Shown here piece by piece: positions 39,861-50,967 of a stretch of DNA of 64,000 nucleotides; within the stretch, counting starts at the first letter, position 1, and every line of letters begins with the position of its first letter. Below the pieces are notes generated by a model. The model was not told where the DNA came from, searched no databases, and worked only from the letters and a program-made list of their open reading frames with translations. The DNA comes from an uncultured Rickettsiales bacterium. Lineage in GTDB: Bacteria > Pseudomonadota > Alphaproteobacteria > Rickettsiales > CANDYO01. The DNA lies in the NCBI GenBank assembly GCA_964356785.1, contig CAYHIS010000004.1:46366-110365 (forward strand), written 5' to 3'. A program made the translations under genes and the position numbers.

Positions 39861-41834
39861 TTAAATCTCTATTAAACTAAAGTCTGCTATCTCTTTGCTT
39901 AAAACTGCTATATTAAATAATAAATTTAAGCGATTTTGCCTAATGTTTGGATCAGGATCATTCACCATTACTTCATCAAAAAATTGATTAATTATATTAA
40001 CTAAGCCCTTCATATCTTGAATAGTAGCTTTGGTTTTAAATATTTTATTAAATAAATCTTGTTCTATTGGTATAAAAAGATCTTTATTTATTTCTAGACC
40101 TAAAGATGATTTAGATTCAGATAAAATATTTAAAATTCTTTTTATTGCTAATATAAAACCTTCAGCTTCTTTTAAAGAAACAAATTCTTGTAACTCATTT
40201 AAATTACTTATAGCTTGATATATATTATCGCTATTAGTATTTAAAGAAGCCATTATCAAGTCATGACGATAATCTTCACCCTTTAAATAATATTTGAGTC
40301 TATCATTAAAGAACACAAGTATTTCATCAATATTCACTTTTGAATCATAATTTCTTGTTGCTCGTTCAATTAATTCTGATAATGAAAGATTAAGGCTATG
40401 ATGGTTGATAAGTTTAATAATACCTAAAGCACTTCTTCTTAATGCAAAAGGATCCTTAGAGCTGCTTGGTTTTTCTCCAGCAAGCCAAAGGCCAACAATA
40501 GTATCTAATTTATCAGCTATAGATATTATGGCTCCAAGGAGGGATGTATCACCAATGTCGTTAGCATCAATAGGTCTGTAATGTTCAGCAATAGCTAAGG
40601 CCACTTCTGGCTCTTGCTTTGTGTGAAGAGCGTAATATTTTCCCATAATTCCTTGAAGCTCAGGAAATTCTCCAACCATTTCAGAGACTAAGTCTATTTT
40701 ACAAAGGAGAGCAGCTTTTTTAATTAAATTATTATCAAATAAGCCATTTCCTACAAATTCAGCCAATGCAATAATTCTATTAACTTTATCAAACATATTT
40801 CCAAGCTTGTGATGGAATGTCATTTTAGTAAGTCTTGCTAGCCCCTCACTACTTGGTGTTTTTAAATCTTTTTTATAAAAGAATTTAGCATCGCTGAGTC
40901 TCGCTCTTAGCACTTTCTCATTGCCAGCAATAATTTGTTCATTATTTTTAAAATCAACATTTGCAACGGTTAAAAAATATGGAGCCAGACTCCCCGTTTT
41001 CTCTTCTAGATAAAAATATCGTTGATGAACTTTCATTGCGGTGATCAACACTTCTTTAGGAAGCTCTAAAAATTCTTGATCTATCCTACCTAATAAGACA
41101 TTAGGGTATTCGACTAGGCCAGTTACTTCATTAAGCAAATCCTGCTCAACTACAGGAGTTAAATTGAGACTCTTTGTTATTTTCTCAATTTGTTTTTGGA
41201 TATTTTCTTGGCGCTCTAAGTGGGAAAGAATAACAAAGTTTTTCTCCATCTTATTCTTATAATCTGATATAGAACTAATATTTAAAGAAGCATTTGCCAT
41301 AAATCTATGACCATAGGATATATTATTTGCTTTAAGATTTGAAAATTCTATTGGTAAAATATTTTTATCAAAAATACATAAAATATTTCTCAAAGGCCTT
41401 ATCCACTTTACCTTACTCTGCGCTGATCTCATTGACTTAGGCCAAGTGAAAGAAGTAAGCATAGTCTCAATAATCTGCTTTAATATTTCACCAATTGGTT
41501 TTACAGCTTCTAATTTTTTAGCATAATAAAAATTATCAATAATAGATAATTCTTCTATTTTCATTCCAACAGATCTTAAAAAACCTTCAATAGCTTCAGG
41601 CTTAGCATCTATTTTAGGCCCCTTTCTTTCGATGATTCTTTCTGGCAGAAATTTCGGCAATCCCTCTATAATTAATGCAATTCTTCTTGGAGTTACAAAA
41701 AACTCAGCATTATCATAACTTATTGATAAATCTTCGATTGCTTTCTTTAAATTATCAAGCATCTGATTTGCAGCCTTAACTTGCATTCTAGCTGGAATTT
41801 CTTCAGAAAAAAGCTCAAGTAATAATTCACTCAT
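39861..41834 (-). CDS. glyS: Glycyl-tRNA synthetase beta subunit
   Basis: [30 protein letters not shown]. Confidence 0.97.
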   Translation of the reverse strand: MSELLLELFSEEIPARMQVKAANQMLDNLKKAIEDLSISYDNAEFFVTPRRIALIIEGLPKFLPERIIERKGPKIDAKPEAIEGFLRSVGMKIEELSIIDNFYYAKKLEAVKPIGEILKQIIETMLTSFTWPKSMRSAQSKVKWIRPLRNILCIFDKNILPIEFSNLKANNISYGHRFMANASLNISSISDYKNKMEKNFVILSHLERQENIQKQIEKITKSLNLTPVVEQDLLNEVTGLVEYPNVLLGRIDQEFLELPKEVLITAMKVHQRYFYLEEKTGSLAPYFLTVANVDFKNNEQIIAGNEKVLRARLSDAKFFYKKDLKTPSSEGLARLTKMTFHHKLGNMFDKVNRIIALAEFVGNGLFDNNLIKKAALLCKIDLVSEMVGEFPELQGIMGKYYALHTKQEPEVALAIAEHYRPIDANDIGDTSLLGAIISIADKLDTIVGLWLAGEKPSSSKDPFALRRSALGIIKLINHHSLNLSLSELIERATRNYDSKVNIDEILVFFNDRLKYYLKGEDYRHDLIMASLNTNSDNIYQAISNLNELQEFVSLKEAEGFILAIKRILNILSESKSSLGLEINKDLFIPIEQDLFNKIFKTKATIQDMKGLVNIINQFFDEVMVNDPDPNIRQNRLNLLFNIAVLSKEIADFSLIEI

Positions 41835-42688
41835 TGTTTATCTATCCATTTTTGACAGCATGCTTTTGCTAAGCCTCTAACTTTTGCCATATAAGACGCC
41901 CTTTCAGTAACGCTTAAGGCTCCTCTAGCATCAAGTAAGTTAAAATTATGACAAGCTTTTAAAGCTTGGTGATATGCAGCTAAAGGTAAATTATTTTCAA
42001 GGCAGTTTTTGCATTCATTTTCTGAATCTAAAAACGCTCTTCTTAATATCTCTACATCTGCATATTCTAATGCATAAGCAGAAGTTTCTTGCTCTTGCTT
42101 TAAAAACAAGTCTCCATAAAGCAATGGAGGTTCCGTATTATTCCAACGAATTTTTGTAAAATGATCGACATTCTGGATATACATCGCAAGTCTTTCAAGC
42201 CCATAAGTAAGCTCAGCTGGAATTAACTCACATTCTATTTCACCTATTTGCTGCATATAAGTGAATTGGAGCACTTCCATTCCATCGCACCATAGCTCCC
42301 ACCCCAGGCCCCAAGCGCCAATGGTTGGATTTTCCCAATCATCTTCAACAAAACGTATGTCATGCTTGGTACAATCTATTCCTATAGATTTCAAACTTTC
42401 TAAAGCTAATTCTTGAATATTTTCAGGTGATGGTTTTAATAAAGCTTGAAATTGATAATAATGAGATAAACGATTTGGGTTCTCGCCATATCTACTATCT
42501 TTTGGCCTTCTTGAGGGTTGAACGTAAGCAAGTTTTAAAGGTTTTGGCCCCAAAGCCATAAGAGCTGTGGCTGGATGCAGAGTTCCTGCTCCCACTTCAC
42601 TATCATAACCTTGCAGAATTGCACAGCCCTGGTCTGCCCAAAATTTTTGCAAATAGAAAATTATATCTTGAAAAGAAAGTTCCTTCAT
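41831..42688 (-). CDS. glyQ: Glycyl-tRNA synthetase alpha subunit
   Basis: [29 protein letters not shown]. Confidence 0.98.
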   Translation of the reverse strand: MKELSFQDIIFYLQKFWADQGCAILQGYDSEVGAGTLHPATALMALGPKPLKLAYVQPSRRPKDSRYGENPNRLSHYYQFQALLKPSPENIQELALESLKSIGIDCTKHDIRFVEDDWENPTIGAWGLGWELWCDGMEVLQFTYMQQIGEIECELIPAELTYGLERLAMYIQNVDHFTKIRWNNTEPPLLYGDLFLKQEQETSAYALEYADVEILRRAFLDSENECKNCLENNLPLAAYHQALKACHNFNLLDARGALSVTERASYMAKVRGLAKACCQKWIDKQ

Positions 42689-42756
42689 TATAAGAAAAAA
42701 TATATATTACTGGCTATTTAAGATAGCCAACTAATCAAATCTTGGCAAGAAGAGAT

Positions 42757-43641
42757 TCATCTTGTTTGAGACAAAGAAGGATCAGTTTTTACTTTTTTAG
42801 TAGCAAAACTTAGATGCTCAGCTTTCCTCTTAGAAGCCTTTTGTTTCTGAATTCTTTGAATAATAGGAATATAAGCGCCTTCATCTTCTTCTCTTAATCT
42901 AGCCTCTCTTTGCAAAGGATTATATTTTCCTTTATTCATACTTTTCTTAACACTGTCTATAGCATGTTTTATAGAATTCTCAGCTTTACCAAAAATCTCA
43001 TTATTAATAGTTAAGCTAGGATAATTCTTTTTAAAATACTTATCCAAACTAAGAACCGAACTACAAAAATCATTAAAAAACTCTATATCTCTCTTGGCGC
43101 TATTATATGCCTTCTCTGACAATCCATCTTTTGGTATATTTAATAATTGATTGCTCATTGACTCCATTTGTATACGCAACTGTTCAACATATTCTTGACG
43201 CTCTTTGTCACTTGCATTATTTAGTTGATCCTTATTTTTTAATATTCCTATACCATCTAAATATTCTTGTTTTTGGTTATCGCTTATCATTTTAACCATT
43301 CTTGAAAAATGATTATAGACTCCAAACACCGGATCCAGCTCACTTGTTTTTACTTTATCTAAAATTTCTTTTGTAGGTTCATATAGCGATGAAGATGCTA
43401 TTTCCATTACATTCACTAAAATCTCAAAATTAGCAATCTCTTCTTTATTATAAATTGGAGATTCAAAATCCTCCATTAATTCAACAGCTTTATAATCTAA
43501 AGAACTGGTAAGATTATCTAATTTTGTTTGATTCTTTAAGAAGTTATCTTCAAAATCTTGCTGTGATTTTGGATAAGGGGAAGCATCTTCTGTTTTACTG
43601 TTAATATAGTTATAGAAAACTTCAAATTTATCTTTACTCAT
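42757..43641 (-). CDS. Hypothetical helical protein (candidate effector)
   Basis: GGAG SD; 294 aa; basic C-terminus KRKAEH...KKVK...SQTR. Confidence 0.75.
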   Translation of the reverse strand: MSKDKFEVFYNYINSKTEDASPYPKSQQDFEDNFLKNQTKLDNLTSSLDYKAVELMEDFESPIYNKEEIANFEILVNVMEIASSSLYEPTKEILDKVKTSELDPVFGVYNHFSRMVKMISDNQKQEYLDGIGILKNKDQLNNASDKERQEYVEQLRIQMESMSNQLLNIPKDGLSEKAYNSAKRDIEFFNDFCSSVLSLDKYFKKNYPSLTINNEIFGKAENSIKHAIDSVKKSMNKGKYNPLQREARLREEDEGAYIPIIQRIQKQKASKRKAEHLSFATKKVKTDPSLSQTR

Positions 43642-43719
43642 AATTACTCCGAATAATCTTGTAATATTTTATTGTATATAATAAATAAAGTAAATTATTA
43701 ATTGAATAACTTAGATATT

Positions 43720-43750
43720 ATACCAATCCTCACCTATAATTGAACGTTTA
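43720..43750. repeat. Solo arm of ATACCAA MITE family
   Basis: ATACCAATCCTCACCTATAATTGAACGTTTA versus arm at 43970; contains the DUF1467-like stop codon. Confidence 0.8.
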
Positions 43751-43949
43751 GGATTTTAACAGTTATATACGTGCTAAGAATGGTAAGAATTGTAGTGACC
43801 AACACTTTAAGTAATAGCCTTGGATTTGTGGGAGCACTGTCTGCATGACCTGCTCTAGGTTTTTTAGTAATTTGATTACCAAAAGGTAATACCATAAAAA
43901 ATATTACCCACCATAAACATGTAAATATAATTAGATAAGAAAATATCAT
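43734..43949 (-). CDS. DUF1467-like small membrane protein
   Basis: WWVIFFMVLPFG...GHADSAPTNPRLLLK; ATG 43949 preferred over the ORF-track start, which lies inside the MITE. Confidence 0.85.
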   Translation of the reverse strand: MIFSYLIIFTCLWWVIFFMVLPFGNQITKKPRAGHADSAPTNPRLLLKVLVTTILTILSTYITVKILNVQL

Positions 43950-43969
43950 AAATCTTTTACCTGAATATA

Positions 43970-44131
43970 ATACCAATTCCAGCCTATAATTGAACATTTA
44001 TTAATTCGATTTTTGGCATTCTACAAAAATAAAAAAGCATTAAATATAACCGATATTCTCAGCTTTTTATATTTCCGTATAATACTCAAATCTCAAATTC
44101 TAAATGCTCAATTATAGGCTGGAATTGGTAT
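43970..44131. mobile_element. MITE-like element, 31-bp TIR (ATACCAA family, copy B)
   Basis: ATACCAATTCCAGCCTATAATTGAACATTTA and its inverse with 1 mismatch; core shared with copy A. Confidence 0.9.
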
Positions 44132-44146
44132 AATGATATTAATAGT

Positions 44147-44182
44147 AAAAAAGCCCCTTGAAAAATTCAAGAGGCTTTTTTT
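44147..44182 (-). terminator. Intrinsic terminator of porin gene
   Basis: AAAAAAGCCCCTTGAA-AAA-TTCAAGAGGCTTTTTT. Confidence 0.85.
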
Positions 44183-44209
44183 AAAATTTAATTTTATAAA
44201 TTTATAAAA

Positions 44210-45532
44210 CTAGAATTTAAGTTTTGTACCAAGAATAAACACAGTAGCTTTCACTTTATCTTTGTCACCATTCATTGCTGTTGGTTTGAATTGAGCCATG
44301 CTCACTTCAGCAAATGGTTTTAAACCAGCTACAACTTCATAATCAGCACCTAAAGATAAGATTTGACTTTTAATTGATGGATTTTTTCCATCTGCAGTGT
44401 AAGTTTTCTTACCAGCTAAGTATGTTAAGCTTGTTGACATTGGTCCATTTTCATATGCAACACCAGTTGTCCACCAGCTTGATTTAACTGTTGAATTTTG
44501 TGGAGTTAAGCTTTTACCATCATTAGAATATGATCCAGCTAAGCTAAATCCATCTTTACCAACCATACCACCTACAGTGTAAGTTTTAAGATCGTTAAAT
44601 TTAGCGTTCCCAGCAGCTGCAACAAGTTTTTGGCTTTCAATAGTTACTGAACCATTGAAGTTTTCTCTTACAGCAGTACCTCTGTCAGCAACAACAGATA
44701 AAGCTACATTAACATCTTCAAATGTATTTGTGTAATTTAAACCAAATGACCATACATTTTTAATTCTTACTGGTAAACCGAAGTATAAATCTGAATAATA
44801 TTCTTTAGTTCCAGAAGCATTAAAGTTGTTTGATGTTAAAACATTGCTTCCACCATTATTGTTAAAGTCAGGAGCGAAAGAAACACCTAATTGTAAACCA
44901 GAAATTCTTGGTGACATATAAGTAACTTTTCTGCTGCTTTCACTATTGCTATCCATTCTGTTAGCAAGAGTGTCAACGCCAGTAACGCCAAAACTTTTTA
45001 TGAAATTTGCTGTCGCTAAAGCACCAGTAACTGTTTGTCCATTTACTGTGAATGTTGGATATTGACCAAGAGTTTTGAAAGTAGATTGACCATAATTTGT
45101 CCAATCACCATCGACACCACCTGTTGCTGAAGCAATTGTGCTAGCATCAACTTGCATTAATTTACTTGCAGAGAAGTTGCTACCTAATTGTACAGAACCA
45201 GCATCTGTATCTAAATAAATGTGTGAACGATCGTTACGAGCATCACTCATACCATCTGAACCGTTACCAAGTACTCTTAAACGTAATACAGCACCATATG
45301 TTAAAGTATCAGATTTTCCTTCAGCTTTTAAAGCAGCTTTTTGTGAAGTGTAGAAACCTGTTGTTTTTTGGTTAGGACTGAATGATAAAGCCGCCTTGTG
45401 GTTTGAATCTTGCTTTTTTGTTCCCATTTCAAATTTACTTGATCCACAAAAACTCACTTTCACATCTTCAGCAGCCATAGTTGAGCAAGCAAAGCCAACT
45501 AAAGCTGTTGTACATAATAAAATTTTTTTCAT
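44210..45532 (-). CDS. Outer membrane porin
   Basis: Signal peptide MKKILLCTTAL, KVTYMSPRISGLQLGVSFAPD, LGADYEVVAGLKPFAE, terminal Phe. Confidence 0.93.
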   Translation of the reverse strand: MKKILLCTTALVGFACSTMAAEDVKVSFCGSSKFEMGTKKQDSNHKAALSFSPNQKTTGFYTSQKAALKAEGKSDTLTYGAVLRLRVLGNGSDGMSDARNDRSHIYLDTDAGSVQLGSNFSASKLMQVDASTIASATGGVDGDWTNYGQSTFKTLGQYPTFTVNGQTVTGALATANFIKSFGVTGVDTLANRMDSNSESSRKVTYMSPRISGLQLGVSFAPDFNNNGGSNVLTSNNFNASGTKEYYSDLYFGLPVRIKNVWSFGLNYTNTFEDVNVALSVVADRGTAVRENFNGSVTIESQKLVAAAGNAKFNDLKTYTVGGMVGKDGFSLAGSYSNDGKSLTPQNSTVKSSWWTTGVAYENGPMSTSLTYLAGKKTYTADGKNPSIKSQILSLGADYEVVAGLKPFAEVSMAQFKPTAMNGDKDKVKATVFILGTKLKF

Positions 45533-45746
45533 AAACTTTTTACCTTAATTTTTATTTTAAGTTTCAATTAGAATAATTTCTAAAAGAAGTTACACAGATA
45601 AATTTCTGAATAACCTATTTATAAACCCTTTTTACCGCTATCATCAATTCTTTTCTTAAAATAGTAATAATTCAGCTAAAGGTTTTTAATTCATGTTGCA
45701 GAAATGTGACTTGATATTTTTGAGGAGATTGCTTTAATTAAATATG

Positions 45747-45821
45747 TGGTGACCCCTACGGGAATCGAACCCGTGTTCCCACCGTGAAAGGGTGATGTCC
45801 TAACCGCTAGACGAAGGGGCC
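45747..45821 (-). tRNA. tRNA-Glu(TTC)
   Basis: GGCCCCTTCGTCTAGCGGTTAGGAC...CT-TTC-AC...GGTTCGATTCC...CCA. Confidence 0.97.
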
Positions 45822-45951
45822 ATATTTAATGACAAGAGTGAACTTTATATCATAATAAAAAGAAAAAGCAAGCTATCTTTTGAAAAATATTGAGATAAGC
45901 TTATTGCAATTAAGAATTCTTTATGATACAAGCTTAACTCCACGTTTTTTT

Positions 45952-46035
45952 GCGGGTGTGGCGGAATGGTAGACGCGCTAGACTTAGAATCTAGTAACGA
46001 GAGTTGTGGGGGTTCAAGTCCCTTCACCCGCACCA
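45952..46035 (+). tRNA. tRNA-Leu(TAG)
   Basis: GCGGGTGTGGCGGAATGGTAGACGC-GCTAGA-CTTAGAA-TCTAG, long variable arm, GGTTCAAGTCC, CCA. Confidence 0.97.
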
Positions 46036-46072
46036 TTTAATTTTGTTGTTTGCTTTAGATAAGGATCAATTT

Positions 46073-47470
46073 ATGAGTGTAGATATTTTTCAAGATAATT
46101 GTCAACTTAGCTTTTCTTTAACCGATCGTGAAAATAATAATAAAGATTTTTTTGCTATCCTTAATACAGCAGAAAATAGCGAAACAAATAAAGCATTTGA
46201 TATAAAGATTTCAGAAACCACTCTAAATAATATAAAAGATTTTAAACTTATATCTTTGGCAAGTCACACTAATATAAATGGATTTAGACCAGGAAAAGCT
46301 CCTATATCTGTTGTATGGAAGCAACATCAAGACAGCTTAACAAGTGAAATTATTAATCAATCTATTAATTCTATAATAAGCATTATTAGACAAAAACTTA
46401 ATGCACAATTAATTAGCTCACCAAATATTGAAGTAAAAGAATTTGGATTTGACAAAGGTCTTGAGCTTAAAGTGAACTTTGATGTAATTCCTGAATTTGA
46501 ATTACCAGACTTAAAAGCCATTTCAATTACAAAACCTGTATTTGAAATAAATGAAAAAGATATAGCCGAAAAACTTAAAGAAATGGCTAAAATTAGAAAG
46601 AATTTTGTAAGCGCGGATGAAAAGCATAAAGCTAAAATTGGAGATCAGGTGATTATCGATTTTGAGGGCAAGATTGATGGAGTAGCCTTTGAAGGCGGCG
46701 CTGCAAAAGCTCATCAATTAGAATTAGGCAGCAAGTCCTTTATTGATAATTTTGAGGACCAATTAGTCGGTTCCAAAAAAGGTGATCAATTAGTTGTAGC
46801 TGTAAAATTCCCAGAAAATTACCATGAGAAAACTTTTGCGGGAAAACAAGCCGAATTTGCAGTTACTGTGCAAGAGGTGAAAAAACTTGAATCTTTCAAA
46901 GATGATGAAGAATTAGCCAAATCCATGGGACATGACTCTTTAGAAGCTTTTAAAGTAATTCTAGAAAAATTAATTAAGAATGAATGCGATAATGTAGTTA
47001 AGGTAAAAGTTAAAACAGAGTTATTTGATAATTTAGATAAGCAAGTAAAAATTAAATTGCCTCAAGTAATGGTTGATGAAGAATTTCAACTCTTATGGAA
47101 ACAAGCGGAATCCATGATCCAAGATGGAGCTAAAAATGATAAGTCCAAAGAAGAGTTAGAAAAAGAATATAAAAAATTAGCAGAAAGAAGAATAAAGCTT
47201 GGGATTGTATTAACTAAGTTTGCTAGCAAATTTAATGTAAGCATTGAGCAGGAAGATTATGTAAATGCAGTTCGCGCTCAAATTAACTCTCAGCATCCTT
47301 CCCTTGCGCAATCCATTATTCAATATTATAATCAGAATCCTAAGGCAGTTGAGTCGCTTAAAGGACCAATCTTAGAAGAAAAAACTGTGGATCTTATTTT
47401 AAAGGATTTGGCTTATACTGACAAAAATACTTCAGTAAAAGATCTTTTGAAAGCTGAAAAGGAAGAATAA
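46073..47470 (+). CDS. tig: Trigger factor
   Basis: [12 protein letters not shown] domain ([24 protein letters not shown]); ATG 46073 after AAGGA. Confidence 0.96.
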   Translation: MSVDIFQDNCQLSFSLTDRENNNKDFFAILNTAENSETNKAFDIKISETTLNNIKDFKLISLASHTNINGFRPGKAPISVVWKQHQDSLTSEIINQSINSIISIIRQKLNAQLISSPNIEVKEFGFDKGLELKVNFDVIPEFELPDLKAISITKPVFEINEKDIAEKLKEMAKIRKNFVSADEKHKAKIGDQVIIDFEGKIDGVAFEGGAAKAHQLELGSKSFIDNFEDQLVGSKKGDQLVVAVKFPENYHEKTFAGKQAEFAVTVQEVKKLESFKDDEELAKSMGHDSLEAFKVILEKLIKNECDNVVKVKVKTELFDNLDKQVKIKLPQVMVDEEFQLLWKQAESMIQDGAKNDKSKEELEKEYKKLAERRIKLGIVLTKFASKFNVSIEQEDYVNAVRAQINSQHPSLAQSIIQYYNQNPKAVESLKGPILEEKTVDLILKDLAYTDKNTSVKDLLKAEKEE

Positions 47471-47471
47471 T

Positions 47472-48095
47472 ATGAATGAGCACCTAAATTTGGCTATGAA
47501 CCTAGTGCCAATGGTTGTTGAACAATCCAGCCGTGGTGAACGAGCATATGATATTTTCTCTCGTCTATTAAAAGAGAGAATTATATTCATTAATGGGCCG
47601 GTTGATGATAATATGTCCTGCTTAGTTGTCGCTCAATTATTGTTTTTAGAAGCCGAGAACCCTGATAAAGATATAGCTATGTATATCAATTCTCCTGGCG
47701 GAGCTGTAACCTCTGGAATGGCGATGTATGATACGATGCAATATATCAAACCAAAGATCGCAACTATTTGTATTGGTCAAGCTTGTTCTTGCGGGTCTTT
47801 TCTTCTAGCCGCTGGCGAAAAAGGCATGAGATATGCTCTTCCTAATTCTAGAATAATGATTCATCAGCCATCTGGTGGATTTAGAGGGCAAGCAACTGAT
47901 GCAGAAATTCATTTGAAAGAAATGCTAGAAGTAAAACGTAGATTAAATGAACTTTATTCATTTCATACTGGTCAAAAAGTTGATATTGTTGAGCAGGCTA
48001 TGGAGCGCGATAATTTTATGAGTCCTCAAGCTGCAAAAGATTTCGGTCTTATTGACTCTATAATAACTAAGAGAACAGATACAATTCAGAAATAG
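47472..48095 (+). CDS. clpP: ClpP protease proteolytic subunit
   Basis: [44 protein letters not shown]. Confidence 0.98.
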   Translation: MNEHLNLAMNLVPMVVEQSSRGERAYDIFSRLLKERIIFINGPVDDNMSCLVVAQLLFLEAENPDKDIAMYINSPGGAVTSGMAMYDTMQYIKPKIATICIGQACSCGSFLLAAGEKGMRYALPNSRIMIHQPSGGFRGQATDAEIHLKEMLEVKRRLNELYSFHTGQKVDIVEQAMERDNFMSPQAAKDFGLIDSIITKRTDTIQK

Positions 48096-50510
48096 TTACA
48101 ATCCAGGACTTCCTAACATAATAGCGGTGTTATTTTCCAAGTGGAATTCTGCGTCATACCAGTGATATAGATTATGCGCTTTCGCTTCATGATCAATGAT
48201 AATAACTAGGCTAGAATTAAATTGCTCTTTTATAAGATCTTGAACTATTTTTACTGACTCATGGTCTAGCCCAGCAAATAACTCATCTAGTAAAATAATA
48301 TCAGGCTTTTCTTCCTGTAAAATTAATCTAATTAAATCCACTTTCTGCTTTTGCCCACCGCTTAAAACAGTAGACCAATCTTTTTTTAGCTCCAAGCTTG
48401 AAGATAAATTAATCTCATTTTCCTTAACATTATCAATATTTACCCTATTAAATAACTCTATTACTTTTTCTTTATATTTTAGAGAGTTACTACTAGTTCT
48501 AAAAGTTATCAGCTCTAGAAGAGTTATATCAGGTGGGATAAAGCTTTCTTGACTTGTCCTAGCAAAAACAGGATTATTTCCATGTATTGTAGAGAAATTA
48601 ACACCCCCATCACTCCAAACACCGCTTTGAGTATAGTTACTTATAGCTTTAAAAAAAGTAGACTTTCCACCGCCTGAAGCGCTGGTAAATGCAACTATCC
48701 CACCTTCAATGCATAGATCATTAATATATAATCTTGATTCTTGCTTGATTCCAACCTTGTATCTATCAAAACAAATACTCGTTTTATCAGATTTATTATA
48801 TGTGTAATTCACAAAATGCTCCGAAGAGTCATACATACTATCTAGCTTTGATACTAATTCCTTAACTCTTAATAAAGAAGTCTTTAGATTAATAATAGAT
48901 CCATAATTTGATGCTTTCCAACTTAATAAATTTGCGAAATCTTGCGTCATTTCAAATACAGAAAGTCTAAACTTCTTTTCTATTGTTTTGTAATATATTT
49001 GATATGAAATTAGCAACCAACTAGTTAAATAATCACTATAAATATTAAATTTTGTCCAAGCCTGCTCCCAAATTTCCCATATGCCTTGTTTTCCACTAGC
49101 TTTTCTAAGGAGATGAGCTAATTCTAGATGTTTTGCAATTGTAAAATTATTCGCTGCATTAATATCCATTTGATCTGCATTCAAGCGGTTATAATCAAGT
49201 TTATTATGAAGATCTGCATGAATGTGAGCTATGTAATGGTTATAAGAATTTACTTTTTTGCTCAGGTAAAATGTAAGAATATTTGATAATTCCTTAAAAA
49301 ACTTAGTATATAATATTATATCAATAGAGTTAGAAGAAAATAAATATCCGCAAGCATAAATTCCTGAAATTGTATGACTTAGAGCGCCAGATATTAAATT
49401 ATTCTCAGTGATAGTAACTATATCTGAATTCATATTGTCAATTAAAGATAAATAATCTATTTGCTTACCAGCAATGCTTATATTAGTTTCTTGTTTCAGA
49501 TGCACTAAAGAGCCTTTATTAAGTAATTTTATATTTACTTGGTCACTAAGAATATATGATAATTTCTCTCTGGAATACGCATTAAGTATGCTAGATACAA
49601 TTTCTGTTTTGATATAAGGGGCCATGAAGGAGCTAGCGGCAAATAAATTACTAATAAATTTTTTCCAAGAAACATCACTTTGTTTTAAATTGGTTATGCT
49701 TGTATATAAATCTAATTTATAAGCAGCTAGTAGCACAGAAGATTTTGTAAGTATAGTTTGAGATGCTATTAAAATAATATATTGAGTAGTTAATATTTTA
49801 TCTAATTGCTTTTTGGGTATGATATTGCTATAAATATTATAAATTTCATCATAGATTTTCAAGACCTCTAAATCCTTTTTATTAATTTTGAGATCTATAG
49901 CATAAGCAGACAATATTGTAGATAATACAGAATTAAAAACTAGATCATTGAAGTAATGAACCGGTAATTTGACCTTAAAGAATGATAGAACTTTTGGAGC
50001 TTGCGGTATTATTAAATTAACGTAAGCAATATTACTCATAGTATAAGTTAATGGGTATGAATGAGTGATATTAAAATATGAAAGCGTCTCGTCTATAATT
50101 CCTGCTGCTACACCATAAGGAACTCCATTATTTCCTAAAATACTATATCCTGTCATAGCGCCGTAGCTCGGAGCAATCAACATTTCCACATGATTAGTTA
50201 ATGTTCCAGTTGTTGAAACTAACCCTAAAGTTACTCCTGCAATATCTGAAATATAATAAGGAGCTTTAAAAGAACTTAAAACACCCCAGCCTAATACAGC
50301 TGATGTTAAGTAAGGCTTTTCATAAATATTATAATGTTCCGCAAGCATATCAATCATACCGAATGCTCCAAAAGCAATACCTATTGGACCAAAATTTACG
50401 AACCCTATACCTGCCGTGGCAATAGTGGGAATTAAATATTCATATTTATAAACTAACTCGAGGGCTGGGTTATATAATTTAATAGTGATATCCGTTGTAG
50501 GCTCAGACAT
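48096..50510 (-). CDS. Fused TMD-NBD ABC transporter, SbmA/BacA/ABCD-like, with extra N-terminal membrane domain
   Basis: Walker A SASGGGKST, LSGGQKQK, IILLDE, IIDHE; hydrophobic N-terminal half. Confidence 0.8.
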   Translation of the reverse strand: MSEPTTDITIKLYNPALELVYKYEYLIPTIATAGIGFVNFGPIGIAFGAFGMIDMLAEHYNIYEKPYLTSAVLGWGVLSSFKAPYYISDIAGVTLGLVSTTGTLTNHVEMLIAPSYGAMTGYSILGNNGVPYGVAAGIIDETLSYFNITHSYPLTYTMSNIAYVNLIIPQAPKVLSFFKVKLPVHYFNDLVFNSVLSTILSAYAIDLKINKKDLEVLKIYDEIYNIYSNIIPKKQLDKILTTQYIILIASQTILTKSSVLLAAYKLDLYTSITNLKQSDVSWKKFISNLFAASSFMAPYIKTEIVSSILNAYSREKLSYILSDQVNIKLLNKGSLVHLKQETNISIAGKQIDYLSLIDNMNSDIVTITENNLISGALSHTISGIYACGYLFSSNSIDIILYTKFFKELSNILTFYLSKKVNSYNHYIAHIHADLHNKLDYNRLNADQMDINAANNFTIAKHLELAHLLRKASGKQGIWEIWEQAWTKFNIYSDYLTSWLLISYQIYYKTIEKKFRLSVFEMTQDFANLLSWKASNYGSIINLKTSLLRVKELVSKLDSMYDSSEHFVNYTYNKSDKTSICFDRYKVGIKQESRLYINDLCIEGGIVAFTSASGGGKSTFFKAISNYTQSGVWSDGGVNFSTIHGNNPVFARTSQESFIPPDITLLELITFRTSSNSLKYKEKVIELFNRVNIDNVKENEINLSSSLELKKDWSTVLSGGQKQKVDLIRLILQEEKPDIILLDELFAGLDHESVKIVQDLIKEQFNSSLVIIIDHEAKAHNLYHWYDAEFHLENNTAIMLGSPGL

Positions 50511-50539
50511 ACATAATTTAGATAAGATTTTTAGGTGGA

Positions 50540-50965
50540 TTATATTTTTTTATTAAGCTCTGTCAAATTATTTATTAATCTAGCTTTTGTTTTCTTAAGT
50601 AGAGAATTGCTATAAGGTGTTTCTTCAAAGTTAAATGTTGGTTTTGGCCAGGCCTTATCCTTCATAAATCTAGCGATTATATGAATATGTAATTGTGGAA
50701 CTAAATTACCAAAAGAAGCAATATTAAGCTTGTCAGGAGAAAAAGTTGTTTTCATTAATCTAGATATTAGATTTATTTCCTCTATAAGCTGATGTTGATC
50801 TTCCATTGTAAGATCTATTATTTCTTTAATATTATTTCGTTTAGGGATAAGAATCACCCAAGGAAATAGAGAATTATTGTTTAAATATATATAGCATAAA
50901 TCCAATTCTCCAATCTTATAGTCTTGGTTATTAAAGGCTGAATCTAATTTAAATTCATTATTCAT
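50540..50965 (-). CDS. HIT-family protein
   Basis: FPWVILIPKR, PDKLNIASFGNLVPQLHIHIIARF; start MNNEFKLD. Confidence 0.92.
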   Translation of the reverse strand: MNNEFKLDSAFNNQDYKIGELDLCYIYLNNNSLFPWVILIPKRNNIKEIIDLTMEDQHQLIEEINLISRLMKTTFSPDKLNIASFGNLVPQLHIHIIARFMKDKAWPKPTFNFEETPYSNSLLKKTKARLINNLTELNKKI

Positions 50966-50967
50966 AA

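Noticed and set aside
45845-46072. ORF 45845-46036 and the long tig N-terminus from 46004
   Set aside because: Both overlap tRNA-Leu
50511-50539. Riboswitch upstream of the second ABC transporter
   Set aside because: Only 29 nt of spacer, with no aptamer motifs
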